From a virus (Duplodnaviria; Caudoviricetes), in the IMG/VR virus record IMGVR_UViG_3300049892_000048, positions 1 through 41,822 of that record: a stretch of DNA of 41,822 bases; one strand, 5' to 3'. The translations under genes were made by a program, and so were the position numbers. A model generated the notes under the pieces. That model ran no database searches. It saw nothing but the letters and a program-made list of their open reading frames with translations, and was not told the origin of the DNA. Position 1 is the stretch's first letter. Every line of letters begins with the position of its first letter. Positions 31,022 through 39,164 of this stretch are shown here, piece by piece.

Positions 31022-31440
31022 TGGCGCTTGATCCGCGTTTCTGGAAATACCTCGGAGCCATCCAGCACAAGAAGTCTACCGGTCCGCTGGACGACCCCGA
31101 CTTTGAGAAAGTCTATACCCCCTTCATGATGAATCGGGCGCTCGGGCATTCGGACGATACCGTGCTGGCCGCGAACCTCATGAATGAGCGTCCGGGCCTC
31201 GACCCACGTCTTCAGTTCCATTTCTTGCTAAATACCGTCAGTCCCCGCTATCGAAAGAGCGAGTGGATGAAAGCAGAAGTGTCTGATGATGTGCGAGACA
31301 TTGCCGAGTATTATGAGTGTTCTGTGAAACACGCTCGGTCCCTTGTCCCCCTCCATTCCTCAGACCAGTTGGCGCAGATACGTCGCCGCCTGGAGAAAGG
31401 CGGCGCAATGAAAGCGGGTCGCCGTGGTTCTTCAACATGA
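31021..31440 (+). CDS. 62: clamp loader small subunit (T4 gp62-like)
   Basis: Y.PFMMNRAL....DTVL.AN.MN, LQFHFLLN.V, R.S.W.K, EYY.CS; precedes regA. Confidence 0.85.
   Translation: MALDPRFWKYLGAIQHKKSTGPLDDPDFEKVYTPFMMNRALGHSDDTVLAANLMNERPGLDPRLQFHFLLNTVSPRYRKSEWMKAEVSDDVRDIAEYYECSVKHARSLVPLHSSDQLAQIRRRLEKGGAMKAGRRGSST
31228..31234 (+). promoter_or_regulatory. possible internal late promoter CTAAATA within gp62
   Basis: CTAAATACCGT identical to the 22309 context; upstream of regA and lysozyme. Confidence 0.4.
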
Positions 31441-31888
31441 CACTCCCATCCTCTTGCCTCACGTCGCCGCGGTTATCCGCGAGTGTGTTGAGGTCACCCT
31501 TCCATCCCCCGACGATTTCCTCAAAGTCAAAGAAACGCTGACCCGCATTGGTGTCGCGTCCCGCAAGGACAAGACATTGTGGCAGAGTTGTCATATCCTC
31601 CATAAGCAGGGACGATACTACATCGTCATGTTCAAGGAGCTATTCTTGCTGGACGGGAAGGCGCACCAGACGAAGTTTGACGAGACGGATAAAGCGCGTC
31701 GAAACACGATAGCTAACATGCTGGCCGAGTGGGGGCTCGTCAAACTCGTGGACCCCGTCAAGAGTTCCGCGCCCGTGTGCCCCGTCAGCCAGATTACAAT
31801 TATTCCGTTTCGTGAAAAGACGCTGTGGACGCTTGTGGCGAAGTATGAGATTGGCAAAAAGAAAGAGGGGGCCAAATGCTCCAACTAA
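31424..31888 (+). CDS. regA: RegA translational repressor
   Basis: DDFLKVKETLTRIGVASRK.K.LWQSCHILHKQGRYYIV.FKELF.LDG, RRNTIA..L.EWGL. Confidence 0.95.
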   Translation: MVLQHDTPILLPHVAAVIRECVEVTLPSPDDFLKVKETLTRIGVASRKDKTLWQSCHILHKQGRYYIVMFKELFLLDGKAHQTKFDETDKARRNTIANMLAEWGLVKLVDPVKSSAPVCPVSQITIIPFREKTLWTLVAKYEIGKKKEGAKCSN

Positions 31889-32340
31889 GCTCACGCGGAT
31901 TGGACTTCATCAAACAGTGGGAAAGTCTGCGGAAGAAGGCGTATCTGGACCAAGCGGGCATCCCCACGATAGGATATGGCACGACGCGACTGCCCAGCGG
32001 CGTGCCTGTGTGGATGGGGTTGACGTGCACCCCTGAAGAAGCCGACGAATGGCTGGCCTGGGATTGCGCGAAAGCCGTCCTCGCGGCGCAGAAAGCGGTG
32101 ACGTCGCGCAGTGTGACGCAGAATCAGTTTGACGCACTCGTGGCATTCATTTACAACATCGGCGTGGGGGGCTTCGGCGGCTCCACGCTGCGGCGCGAAC
32201 TCGTGGCGGGATTGCCGATTGTCGAAGATTACTTCTTGCGCTGGAACAAAGTGCATGACCCGATATCGGGAAAACTCGTAGTGAGCAATGGACTTACGAA
32301 CCGACGTCGAGCGGAATGGGCGTTCTTTTCGACACCCTAA
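31876..32340 (+). CDS. GH24 phage lysozyme (endolysin)
   Basis: FIKQWESLR..AYLDQAGIPTIGYG, QNQFDALV.F.YNIG, STL, GLTNRR.AE. Confidence 0.9.
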   Translation: MLQLSSRGLDFIKQWESLRKKAYLDQAGIPTIGYGTTRLPSGVPVWMGLTCTPEEADEWLAWDCAKAVLAAQKAVTSRSVTQNQFDALVAFIYNIGVGGFGGSTLRRELVAGLPIVEDYFLRWNKVHDPISGKLVVSNGLTNRRRAEWAFFSTP

Positions 32341-32352
32341 CAGTTCTGTCAT

Positions 32353-32359
32353 CTAAATA
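32353..32359 (+). promoter_or_regulatory. T4-type late promoter CTAAATA
   Basis: intergenic, directly upstream of the three-gene helical-protein cluster. Confidence 0.65.
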
Positions 32360-32362
32360 GGT

Positions 32363-32626
32363 GTGCTGATGACATTTCTATCTTGGGTTCAGAATTCCAT
32401 TCGGAAGGTGCTGGTGTATTGCCACATCATCCCCAACGACGAGCCCGAGCTTCGGCGACTTCTCACGGCGTTGAGAACCGCTACTAAGAAACTGTCAGAC
32501 GCCGTAACTACTAACCACGCGATTCTTTCATCAGGAGACCCCGATGCCCTCACCATTACTATCCGCCCTCAGTCAGCAAGTCGCCCAGACCGAAACTGTC
32601 ATTCAGTCCGCCGTCGTTCTCATTAA
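32363..32626 (+). CDS. hypothetical protein with amphipathic N-terminus; overlaps next gene by 83 nt
   Basis: FLSWVQNSIRKVL...LRTATKKLSDAVTTN; behind late promoter. Confidence 0.5.
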   Translation: MLMTFLSWVQNSIRKVLVYCHIIPNDEPELRRLLTALRTATKKLSDAVTTNHAILSSGDPDALTITIRPQSASRPDRNCHSVRRRSH

Positions 32627-32789
32627 CGGCATCTCTGCTCGTATCCAGACCGCGATTGACGCGGCGCTCGCGAATGGCGCGACCGCAGCCGAACTCGCTC
32701 CGGTCCAGAACGAAATCGATGCGTTGGATGCTGCAACGACCGCGTTGAGTGCGGCTGTGGCGAACATCCCGACCGCTAACACCCCATAA
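32544..32789 (+). CDS. Ala-rich helical protein, tandem paralog 1
   Basis: AGGAG SD; MPSPLLSALSQQVAQTETVIQSAVVLINGI... Confidence 0.8.
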   Translation: MPSPLLSALSQQVAQTETVIQSAVVLINGISARIQTAIDAALANGATAAELAPVQNEIDALDAATTALSAAVANIPTANTP

Positions 32790-32800
32790 TAGGAGTCCTC

Positions 32801-33070
32801 ATGCCTTCCCCTCTCTTGGCGGCCCTCAGTCAGCAAGTCGCGCAGACTGAAACGGTCATCGCGTCCGCAGTCGTTCTCATTAATGGCATCGCCGCTCGGG
32901 TGCAAACCGCGGTCGATGCGGCGCTGGCCAATGGTGCCACCGCAGCAGAACTCGCGCCACTTCAGAATGAGATTGACGTGCTGAATGCGTCCACAGCGAT
33001 CCTTGCGGCCGCTGTGGCTAATGTACCGGCGGTATCATCGCCGAGTAGCAGCCCATCCCCGTCGGCCTAA
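32801..33070 (+). CDS. Ala-rich helical protein, tandem paralog 2 with Ser/Pro tail
   Basis: AGGAG SD; near-identical to 32544..32789 at protein level. Confidence 0.8.
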   Translation: MPSPLLAALSQQVAQTETVIASAVVLINGIAARVQTAVDAALANGATAAELAPLQNEIDVLNASTAILAAAVANVPAVSSPSSSPSPSA

Positions 33071-33078
33071 GATAGGAC

Positions 33079-33107
33079 TAGACAACAGCACGGGGCTGTG
33101 CTATACT
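33079..33107 (+). promoter_or_regulatory. sigma70-like promoter TAGACA-N17-TATACT for gp43 operon
   Basis: -35 33079-33084, -10 33102-33107, TG extension. Confidence 0.75.
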
Positions 33108-33142
33108 GTATCAGTTATTGGATTTCGTGAACGGGAGTGACT

Positions 33143-33493
33143 ATGAGTAACGCGATGAATGAAGTGACGGTGGAACAGGGTCTTCAGAACGTGCACCTTG
33201 TCAGTGGGGAAGATGTCATTGGCAAGGTGCACTTCAGCCCGCAGGACTTGATGTATACCATCGAACGTCCTGTCATGCCAAATATCCAGATGGACCCTTC
33301 GACGGGGGCGCTGCGCGTCGGGCTCCTGCCCGTGCGGCCGTATCTGGACAAGATCGAAAAAATTGACGTGCTGGCAGCCCATGTGCTGTATCTGGTGCCG
33401 GTCTCCGACCGTATGGCGGAAATCTACCAGCGATACACCAGCGAGATCGAACTCGTCCAACCAGAAACGCTCAAGACTATTCTCCAGTCATAA
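33143..33493 (+). CDS. conserved Sm-like-fold hypothetical protein upstream of gp43
   Basis: LVSGEDVIGKV...IERP...GLLP..PY...Y.R.TS.I pattern typical of this position in T4-like phages. Confidence 0.7.
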   Translation: MSNAMNEVTVEQGLQNVHLVSGEDVIGKVHFSPQDLMYTIERPVMPNIQMDPSTGALRVGLLPVRPYLDKIEKIDVLAAHVLYLVPVSDRMAEIYQRYTSEIELVQPETLKTILQS

Positions 33494-33496
33494 GAA

Positions 33497-36049
33497 GTGA
33501 AACACACTTCTCGCGCTCGGAAGTATCTCAAGGCGCTGAAGCCTCAACTTCAGTATACCTACACCACCACGATAGGAAAGTCGGTGTGTCTCCGTGCCCG
33601 TGCGAATGATGGGGCGCCCATCTACGTGCGGTTGGATTACATGCCGACCTACTTCACGCCCGACCCGCAAGGGCCGGACGTGGGGTACGATGGCACACCC
33701 CTGATGCCGCATACGGCCGACTCGCTGTATGACGGCAAGGAATACGTGGAGCAGTGTGAGGGCAACGGAGTTTCGGTCTACGGGAACATCCAGCCAGAAT
33801 ACATGGTGCTCTCGGACGTCTATGGGGCGAACGACGTCCCCTACGACCCGGACAAGCTCTACGTGTGGGATATCGACATTGAGGTCGACCGCGACCCCGT
33901 CAAGGGGTTTGCGCCCGTGGACGATCCGTTCAATCCCGTGGTGTCTATCACGGTCAAGTGGCGTCACATGGGGCAGTCAGGCGTGGTGGTCTACGGAACG
34001 CAGGATTATACCACGGTCGGTGATGAGTTCTACGTCAAGTGCGCGAATGAAGAGGAACTGCTGCTGCGGTTCTTGGACGACCTCAAAGCGGGCCACGACT
34101 ACCCGGATATCATCACGGGCTGGTACGTGCAGTTCTTTGACATTCCCTACCTCGTCAATCGAATGAAGCTCCTGTTTACGGAGTCCACGTGGTGTCATAT
34201 CTCGCCGTTTGAGCGCCTGGCAGACCGCAAGGTCACGCTCAGCGGGCGCGACCAGACGGTCATGGACATTCGGGGTATCGCGATTCTCGACTACATGGAA
34301 CTGTATCGGAAGTTCACGTTCTCACAACAGGAGTCCTACCGACTCGACCATATCGCGCATGTGGAGCTTGGAGAACGCAAGCTGTCCTACAAAGAGTTCC
34401 GCTCACTCGCGCATCTGTACCGCGAGAACTATCAGAAGTTCATCGAATACAACATCAAAGACGTCGATCTCGTGGACCGCTTGGACCAGAAGCTCAAGCT
34501 GCTGGACCTCGTGTGCGCGTTGGCGTATGGCGCGAAGTGCAACTTTGCGGACACGTTCAAGCAAGTGCGTCTGTGGGACATCATGATCTACCATCGTCTG
34601 CGGGCGTTGGGGAAACAGATACCACCACGCAAGGCGTCGTCCAAGTCGGAGCAGTATGCGGGTGCGTATGTGAAGGACCCGTTGGTTGGAGAGCACCAAT
34701 GGGTTGTGTCCTTCGACGTGGCTTCGATGTACCCACACATCATCCGTGAATGGAACTTGTCCCCCGAAATGATCGAGAGTCGCCAGTATGTGGGCGAGTG
34801 GACAGTGGATGAGTTCTTGGAACGGAAGCCGACCGTGGACCCCGACTATGCGTTGGCGGCGAACGGACTGCAAACGCGCCGGGATGAAGAAGGCTTCCTG
34901 CCGAACATGCTCAAGACGCTCTACGACGAACGCAACCGGTTCAAGGGGCTGATGAAGAAAGCCAAGAAGGAACTGGAAGCGATCAAAGACGACCCGACCA
35001 AAGAGTCGGAGCGTAAGGCGCTGGTCAAGCAAATCTCGGCTTACAACAATCAGCAGATGGTCCGTAAGGTCAATCTGAACTCTGCGTATGGCGCGTTGGG
35101 GTCGAACTACTTCCGCTTCTATGACTTGGATATGGCGGAAGCGGTCACGAAGACGGGGCAGTTGGTTATCCGTTGGGTGGCGCGGGACGTCAATGCGGTT
35201 CTCAACAAGTACCTCAAGACGTCGGCGGACTACATCATCGCGTCGGACACGGACTCTATCTATGTCAACATGGGCCCGTTCGCGCAGAAGTATCTGAACC
35301 CCGACCACACACCGAAAGCGCGTGTGGTGGAACTGCTCGACCAGTTTGCGAAGAAGATCATCGATCCCCTGATCGCAAAGTCCCTTGAGGACATTGCGAC
35401 GTACCATAACGTGGCGGTCCCCTGTCTGTCGATGGTGCGCGACGTCATCGCCGACAAGGGAGTGTGGACTGCCAAGAAGCGGTACATTCTCAACGTCTAT
35501 GACCAAGAGGGCGTCCGCTACGAGAAGCCGAAGCTCAAGGTCATGGGCATCGAAGCCATCAAGTCAAGCACACCGGCACTCTGTCGGGATACCATTATGG
35601 ACGTCCTGAAGCTGTTCATGACGGGGACGCGGGAGCAAGTGTGGACCAAAGTCGCTGAGGCGCGCCAGGTGTTCGCAGGCGCGGCGTTCGAAGACGTTGC
35701 CTTCCCCCGCTCCGTCAACGGCTTGGCGAAATATTCTGGACGCGACAAGAGCATTCCCATTCACGTCAAAGGCGCACTGGCATTCAATGAGCAGTTGGAG
35801 AAGCGTGGGCAAGCGAAGGAATATGAACCGGTGCATGAGGGGGAGAAGATTCGTTTCTGCTACCTCAAAGAGCCAAATCCCTTCTTCTCTCACGTCATGA
35901 GCGCGCCCGAAGGTTGCCCGCCAGAGTGGGAAATCGAGAAGTGGATTGACTACGACAAGCAATACGAGAAGTCGCTGGTCGAACCGTTGGAAGCCATTCT
36001 CTCTTGCGCGGGATGGTCGGCGGTCCATAGTCCGAGTCTGTTTGATTGA
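33497..36049 (+). CDS. 43: family B DNA polymerase (T4 gp43-like)
   Basis: ExoI DIEV, ExoII FFDIPY, ExoIII YNIKDV; SFDVASMYP, KVNLNSAYG, SDTDS, KKRY. Confidence 0.97.
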   Translation: MKHTSRARKYLKALKPQLQYTYTTTIGKSVCLRARANDGAPIYVRLDYMPTYFTPDPQGPDVGYDGTPLMPHTADSLYDGKEYVEQCEGNGVSVYGNIQPEYMVLSDVYGANDVPYDPDKLYVWDIDIEVDRDPVKGFAPVDDPFNPVVSITVKWRHMGQSGVVVYGTQDYTTVGDEFYVKCANEEELLLRFLDDLKAGHDYPDIITGWYVQFFDIPYLVNRMKLLFTESTWCHISPFERLADRKVTLSGRDQTVMDIRGIAILDYMELYRKFTFSQQESYRLDHIAHVELGERKLSYKEFRSLAHLYRENYQKFIEYNIKDVDLVDRLDQKLKLLDLVCALAYGAKCNFADTFKQVRLWDIMIYHRLRALGKQIPPRKASSKSEQYAGAYVKDPLVGEHQWVVSFDVASMYPHIIREWNLSPEMIESRQYVGEWTVDEFLERKPTVDPDYALAANGLQTRRDEEGFLPNMLKTLYDERNRFKGLMKKAKKELEAIKDDPTKESERKALVKQISAYNNQQMVRKVNLNSAYGALGSNYFRFYDLDMAEAVTKTGQLVIRWVARDVNAVLNKYLKTSADYIIASDTDSIYVNMGPFAQKYLNPDHTPKARVVELLDQFAKKIIDPLIAKSLEDIATYHNVAVPCLSMVRDVIADKGVWTAKKRYILNVYDQEGVRYEKPKLKVMGIEAIKSSTPALCRDTIMDVLKLFMTGTREQVWTKVAEARQVFAGAAFEDVAFPRSVNGLAKYSGRDKSIPIHVKGALAFNEQLEKRGQAKEYEPVHEGEKIRFCYLKEPNPFFSHVMSAPEGCPPEWEIEKWIDYDKQYEKSLVEPLEAILSCAGWSAVHSPSLFD

Positions 36050-36051
36050 TC

Positions 36052-36080
36052 TTGCATTCCCCAATGGGGTCTGCTATACT
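36052..36080 (+). promoter_or_regulatory. sigma70-like promoter TTGCAT-N17-TATACT for uvsX
   Basis: -35 36052-36057, -10 36075-36080, TG extension. Confidence 0.75.
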
Positions 36081-36100
36081 ATGAAAACTGGAGTGAGTGA

Positions 36101-37168
36101 ATGGCAAAGACCGATTTCTTTAAGACGTTCGTAGATGGGTTGGGGGACGACGAAACGAGTGTGGCCGCGGATGGTAAGTCGTCGGCGGAGTCCTCTGGCT
36201 TCATCGATTCTGGCAGCTACATCTTCAATGCCGCGCTGAGCGGCAGCATCTACGGGGGATTCCCCAACAACAAAGCGATTGTCCTTGCGGGCGACCCAGC
36301 GACAGGCAAGACGTTCTTTGCGTTGGGGCTGGTTAAGAACTTTTTGGAGATCAATCCGAAGGGGCGCGTGTTCTACTTCGACACAGAAAGCGCCGTGACG
36401 AACGACATGATGACGTCGCGGGGGATCGACGTGACTCGCGTGGCGAAGTCGGAGCCAGAGACCATTGAACGGTTCCGCACCGTCGCAATCAAAGTGCTGG
36501 ACACGTATATGGCGCTCCCCGAGAGCGACCGCTTCCCCATGCTCATGGTTCTCGATTCGCTGTCTGCGCTGCCGAGCAGCAAGGAAATCGGCGATATCAC
36601 GGAAGGGAAAGACACAAAGGACATGACCAAGCCGGGACTTATCAAAGGCGCATTCCGAGTGCTGCGTCTGAAGATGGCCCGAGCGCAAGTCCCCTTCATC
36701 GTCACGAATCATATCTACGCCGTCATCGGCGCCTACTTCCCCACGAAGGAAATGGCGGGCGGCAGTGGCGCGAAGTATGCGGCGGACACGCTCGTATTCC
36801 TCAGTAAAGCCAAAGACAAGGACGATGACAAGTCCGTGCGTGGGAACATCATCCACGTCAATATGGTCAAGTCGCGCCTGTCGCGAGAATCGACCAAAGT
36901 GGATACGCGCATCCTGTTTGACGGAGGTTTGGATCGATACTACGGACTCTTGGAGCCGGCGGTCGAAGCGGGACTGGTCAAGAAGGTCTCGACCAAATAT
37001 GAGTTCCCCAATGGCAAGAAGGGGTTTGAGAAAGCGATTCTGGCGCGACCGGACGACTACTACGACACGGACTTGCTGGACAAGCTCGATGCGGCGTTGA
37101 AGCCCAAGTTCACCTATACGGCGGATGTGGAAGACGCCACGGAGGATGCCGATGGCGAAGAAGAATAA
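36101..37168 (+). CDS. uvsX: RecA-like recombinase UvsX
   Basis: DSGSYIFNA.LSGS..GG, GDPATGKT, YFDTES, LDSL, DMT, TNH.Y, MAGGSG.KYAA, GLDRYYGL. Confidence 0.95.
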   Translation: MAKTDFFKTFVDGLGDDETSVAADGKSSAESSGFIDSGSYIFNAALSGSIYGGFPNNKAIVLAGDPATGKTFFALGLVKNFLEINPKGRVFYFDTESAVTNDMMTSRGIDVTRVAKSEPETIERFRTVAIKVLDTYMALPESDRFPMLMVLDSLSALPSSKEIGDITEGKDTKDMTKPGLIKGAFRVLRLKMARAQVPFIVTNHIYAVIGAYFPTKEMAGGSGAKYAADTLVFLSKAKDKDDDKSVRGNIIHVNMVKSRLSRESTKVDTRILFDGGLDRYYGLLEPAVEAGLVKKVSTKYEFPNGKKGFEKAILARPDDYYDTDLLDKLDAALKPKFTYTADVEDATEDADGEEE

Positions 37169-37514
37169 GGTCGCGCCGGTCTCGCAGACGGAGCGCACGA
37201 TTCTCGATATGGTGATGCCGCGGCTGTGGCCCAATGGGAACAGCGATCCGTTCTTAGTGCTGGAAGTGACCGAGGGCCCCTACAAGGGGGTCGTCTTCGC
37301 GTTCAGCAAGTTTGAGGTCTCCACGAAGAAGATCAAGGACGGCATGGTCGCGACGAAATTTGAGACCAAGCAATACGTGACGCCCAAGGGCTTCCGTGCA
37401 GACGAAGCGTGGGATTTGTGGGCGGGGGAGTTTCTCTTAGCGTGGCTGCACTATCTGTCCCTGCATGAGTTTGGGACGTTGGCGAACGCGGAGACTGATG
37501 GACAGGTGCACTGA
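37152..37514 (+). CDS. conserved protein at the gp40 position between uvsX and gp41
   Basis: EGPYKGVVF.F.K motif; GGAGG SD; synteny. Confidence 0.6.
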   Translation: MAKKNKVAPVSQTERTILDMVMPRLWPNGNSDPFLVLEVTEGPYKGVVFAFSKFEVSTKKIKDGMVATKFETKQYVTPKGFRADEAWDLWAGEFLLAWLHYLSLHEFGTLANAETDGQVH

Positions 37515-37672
37515 TGCAGGAGTATCGAGAAATTCCGACGAGTTGGGACACTGTTATTGGTGGGGCCCTTTTGACCGTGGGATATGCGGCGGTATATGGC
37601 GTTTTGCTGTTGTTGGTCTGGCGCATTCTTGAATGGGTCGATACGGTCAACAAATTCATGCAGTCTCATTGA
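37514..37672 (+). CDS. 52-aa single-TM protein (not in ORF track)
   Basis: MQEYREIPTSWDTVIGGALLTVGYAAVYGVLLLLVW...; TGATG coupling. Confidence 0.55.
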   Translation: MQEYREIPTSWDTVIGGALLTVGYAAVYGVLLLLVWRILEWVDTVNKFMQSH

Positions 37673-37688
37673 TAGGAGAACGACCTGA

Positions 37689-39134
37689 ATGCTGCCGCTT
37701 GAACGCACGATTCTTCGACAACTGTTTCATAACCGGGACTTCGCGGCGCGTGTCGTGCCCTATCTGAAGACTGAATACTTCCACGACGAAGCGGCGTCCA
37801 AAGTCTATCAGTTGTTCTCCGCGTTCTTTGAGAAGTTCCATACGCTGCCGTCCTTCGCAGCGATTCGTATTGGGATTGACTCCATCAAGAGCCTGACGGA
37901 GCGCGAAGCACAGGCCGCGATGGAAGCGTTGAAGGAAGTCGAAGCGGAAGCACCACTCGACGAAACGCAGGACCCGTGGATACTGGAAAGCACCGAGGAG
38001 TTCTGCCAGGACCGCGCGGTCTATTGCGGACTTCAAGAGTGCATCAAGGTCATGGACGACCCGAAGGCGACCCGTCATGTCATTCCTGACATCATGAAGG
38101 GCGCGTTGGCCGTCAATTTTGACCAGCACATCGGACACGACCAGTTTGGGGACGCCGACGCCCGCTACGAGTTCTATCATAAGCAGGAAGCGCGGATTCC
38201 ATTCGACCTCCAGACGTTCAACCAAATGACGAAGGGTGGCGTCCCCCGCAAGACGCTCAATGTCGTCATGGCAGGGACGAACGTGGGTAAGTCTCTGTTC
38301 TTGGTCCATATGGCCGCGGCATGCCTCCGACAGAACAAAAACGTGCTGTATATCACACTGGAAATGGCAGAGGAACGCATCGCGGAACGCATCGACGCGA
38401 ACCTGATGAACTTGCCCATCGACGATGTGAACGATTTGCCGCGCTCGGACTATATCAAGAAGATTATCAACTTGCGGCAGGCATCCACGGGGCGACTCAT
38501 TATCAAGGAGTTTCCTACGGGCGGGGCCCATTGCGGGCATTTCCGGGCGCTCCTGCAAGAACTTCATCTGAAGCAAAACTTCAAGCCCGACATCATCTTC
38601 GTGGACTACATTTCGATTTGTTCCAGTTCGCGAATCAAGATGGGGCAGAACGTCAACTCCTATACACTCTACAAGTTCGTGGCAGAAGAACTCCGCGGCC
38701 TCGCGGTGGAATACAACGTGCCCGTGTTCTCGGCAGCGCAGTTCAACCGACAGGGGTTTGCGTCAGCGGACCCCGGCATGGATAACGTCGGCGAGTCGTG
38801 GGCGATCCCGCAGACGGCTGACTTCATGTTTGCGCTCGTCACGAATGAGGACTTGGAGAAGCTCGGGCAGATTACCGTGCAGCCGATGAAGAATCGATAT
38901 GCCAAGCGGAACTCGTTCCAGCATTTCCTTGTGGGGATCGATACGGACCGCATGAAGCTCTATGACTTGACCGCGGCACAGATTGCTCAGTCTCAGAGCA
39001 TGATGCAGGGCCCGGCGCCCTCTAAGAACGCCAGTTATGGTGTGCCCAAAGCGGGGTCGGTGTTTGGTCCGCGGCAACGGCGTCCGCTGTCGAGCTTTGG
39101 GAAGCCTTCGGATTCTGACGACGATTACGACTAA
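37689..39134 (+). CDS. 41: DnaB-like replicative helicase (T4 gp41-like)
   Basis: AGTNVGKS, LYITLEMAEE.IAERIDAN, IKEFPT, IFVDY, AEELRGLAVE, ES..IP.TAD, KNRY. Confidence 0.97.
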   Translation: MLPLERTILRQLFHNRDFAARVVPYLKTEYFHDEAASKVYQLFSAFFEKFHTLPSFAAIRIGIDSIKSLTEREAQAAMEALKEVEAEAPLDETQDPWILESTEEFCQDRAVYCGLQECIKVMDDPKATRHVIPDIMKGALAVNFDQHIGHDQFGDADARYEFYHKQEARIPFDLQTFNQMTKGGVPRKTLNVVMAGTNVGKSLFLVHMAAACLRQNKNVLYITLEMAEERIAERIDANLMNLPIDDVNDLPRSDYIKKIINLRQASTGRLIIKEFPTGGAHCGHFRALLQELHLKQNFKPDIIFVDYISICSSSRIKMGQNVNSYTLYKFVAEELRGLAVEYNVPVFSAAQFNRQGFASADPGMDNVGESWAIPQTADFMFALVTNEDLEKLGQITVQPMKNRYAKRNSFQHFLVGIDTDRMKLYDLTAAQIAQSQSMMQGPAPSKNASYGVPKAGSVFGPRQRRPLSSFGKPSDSDDDYD

Positions 39135-39139
39135 GACAA

Positions 39140-39146
39140 CTAAATA
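39140..39146 (+). promoter_or_regulatory. T4-type late promoter CTAAATA
   Basis: intergenic, upstream of AGGGG SD and ATG 39165. Confidence 0.7.
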
Positions 39147-39164
39147 ACCTTGTAGGGGTGAACT

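Noticed and set aside
934-38576. Many long minus-strand ORFs (e.g. 934..1659, 17481..18653, 20143..21699, 34403..35506, 36074..37234, 37656..38576)
   Set aside because: Antisense shadows of well-supported + strand genes in GC-rich DNA; no family motifs and no independent SD or promoter.
33497-39134. Inteins, introns or homing endonucleases in gp43, uvsX, gp41
   Set aside because: Lengths and motif spacing are normal and no splicing motifs are seen.
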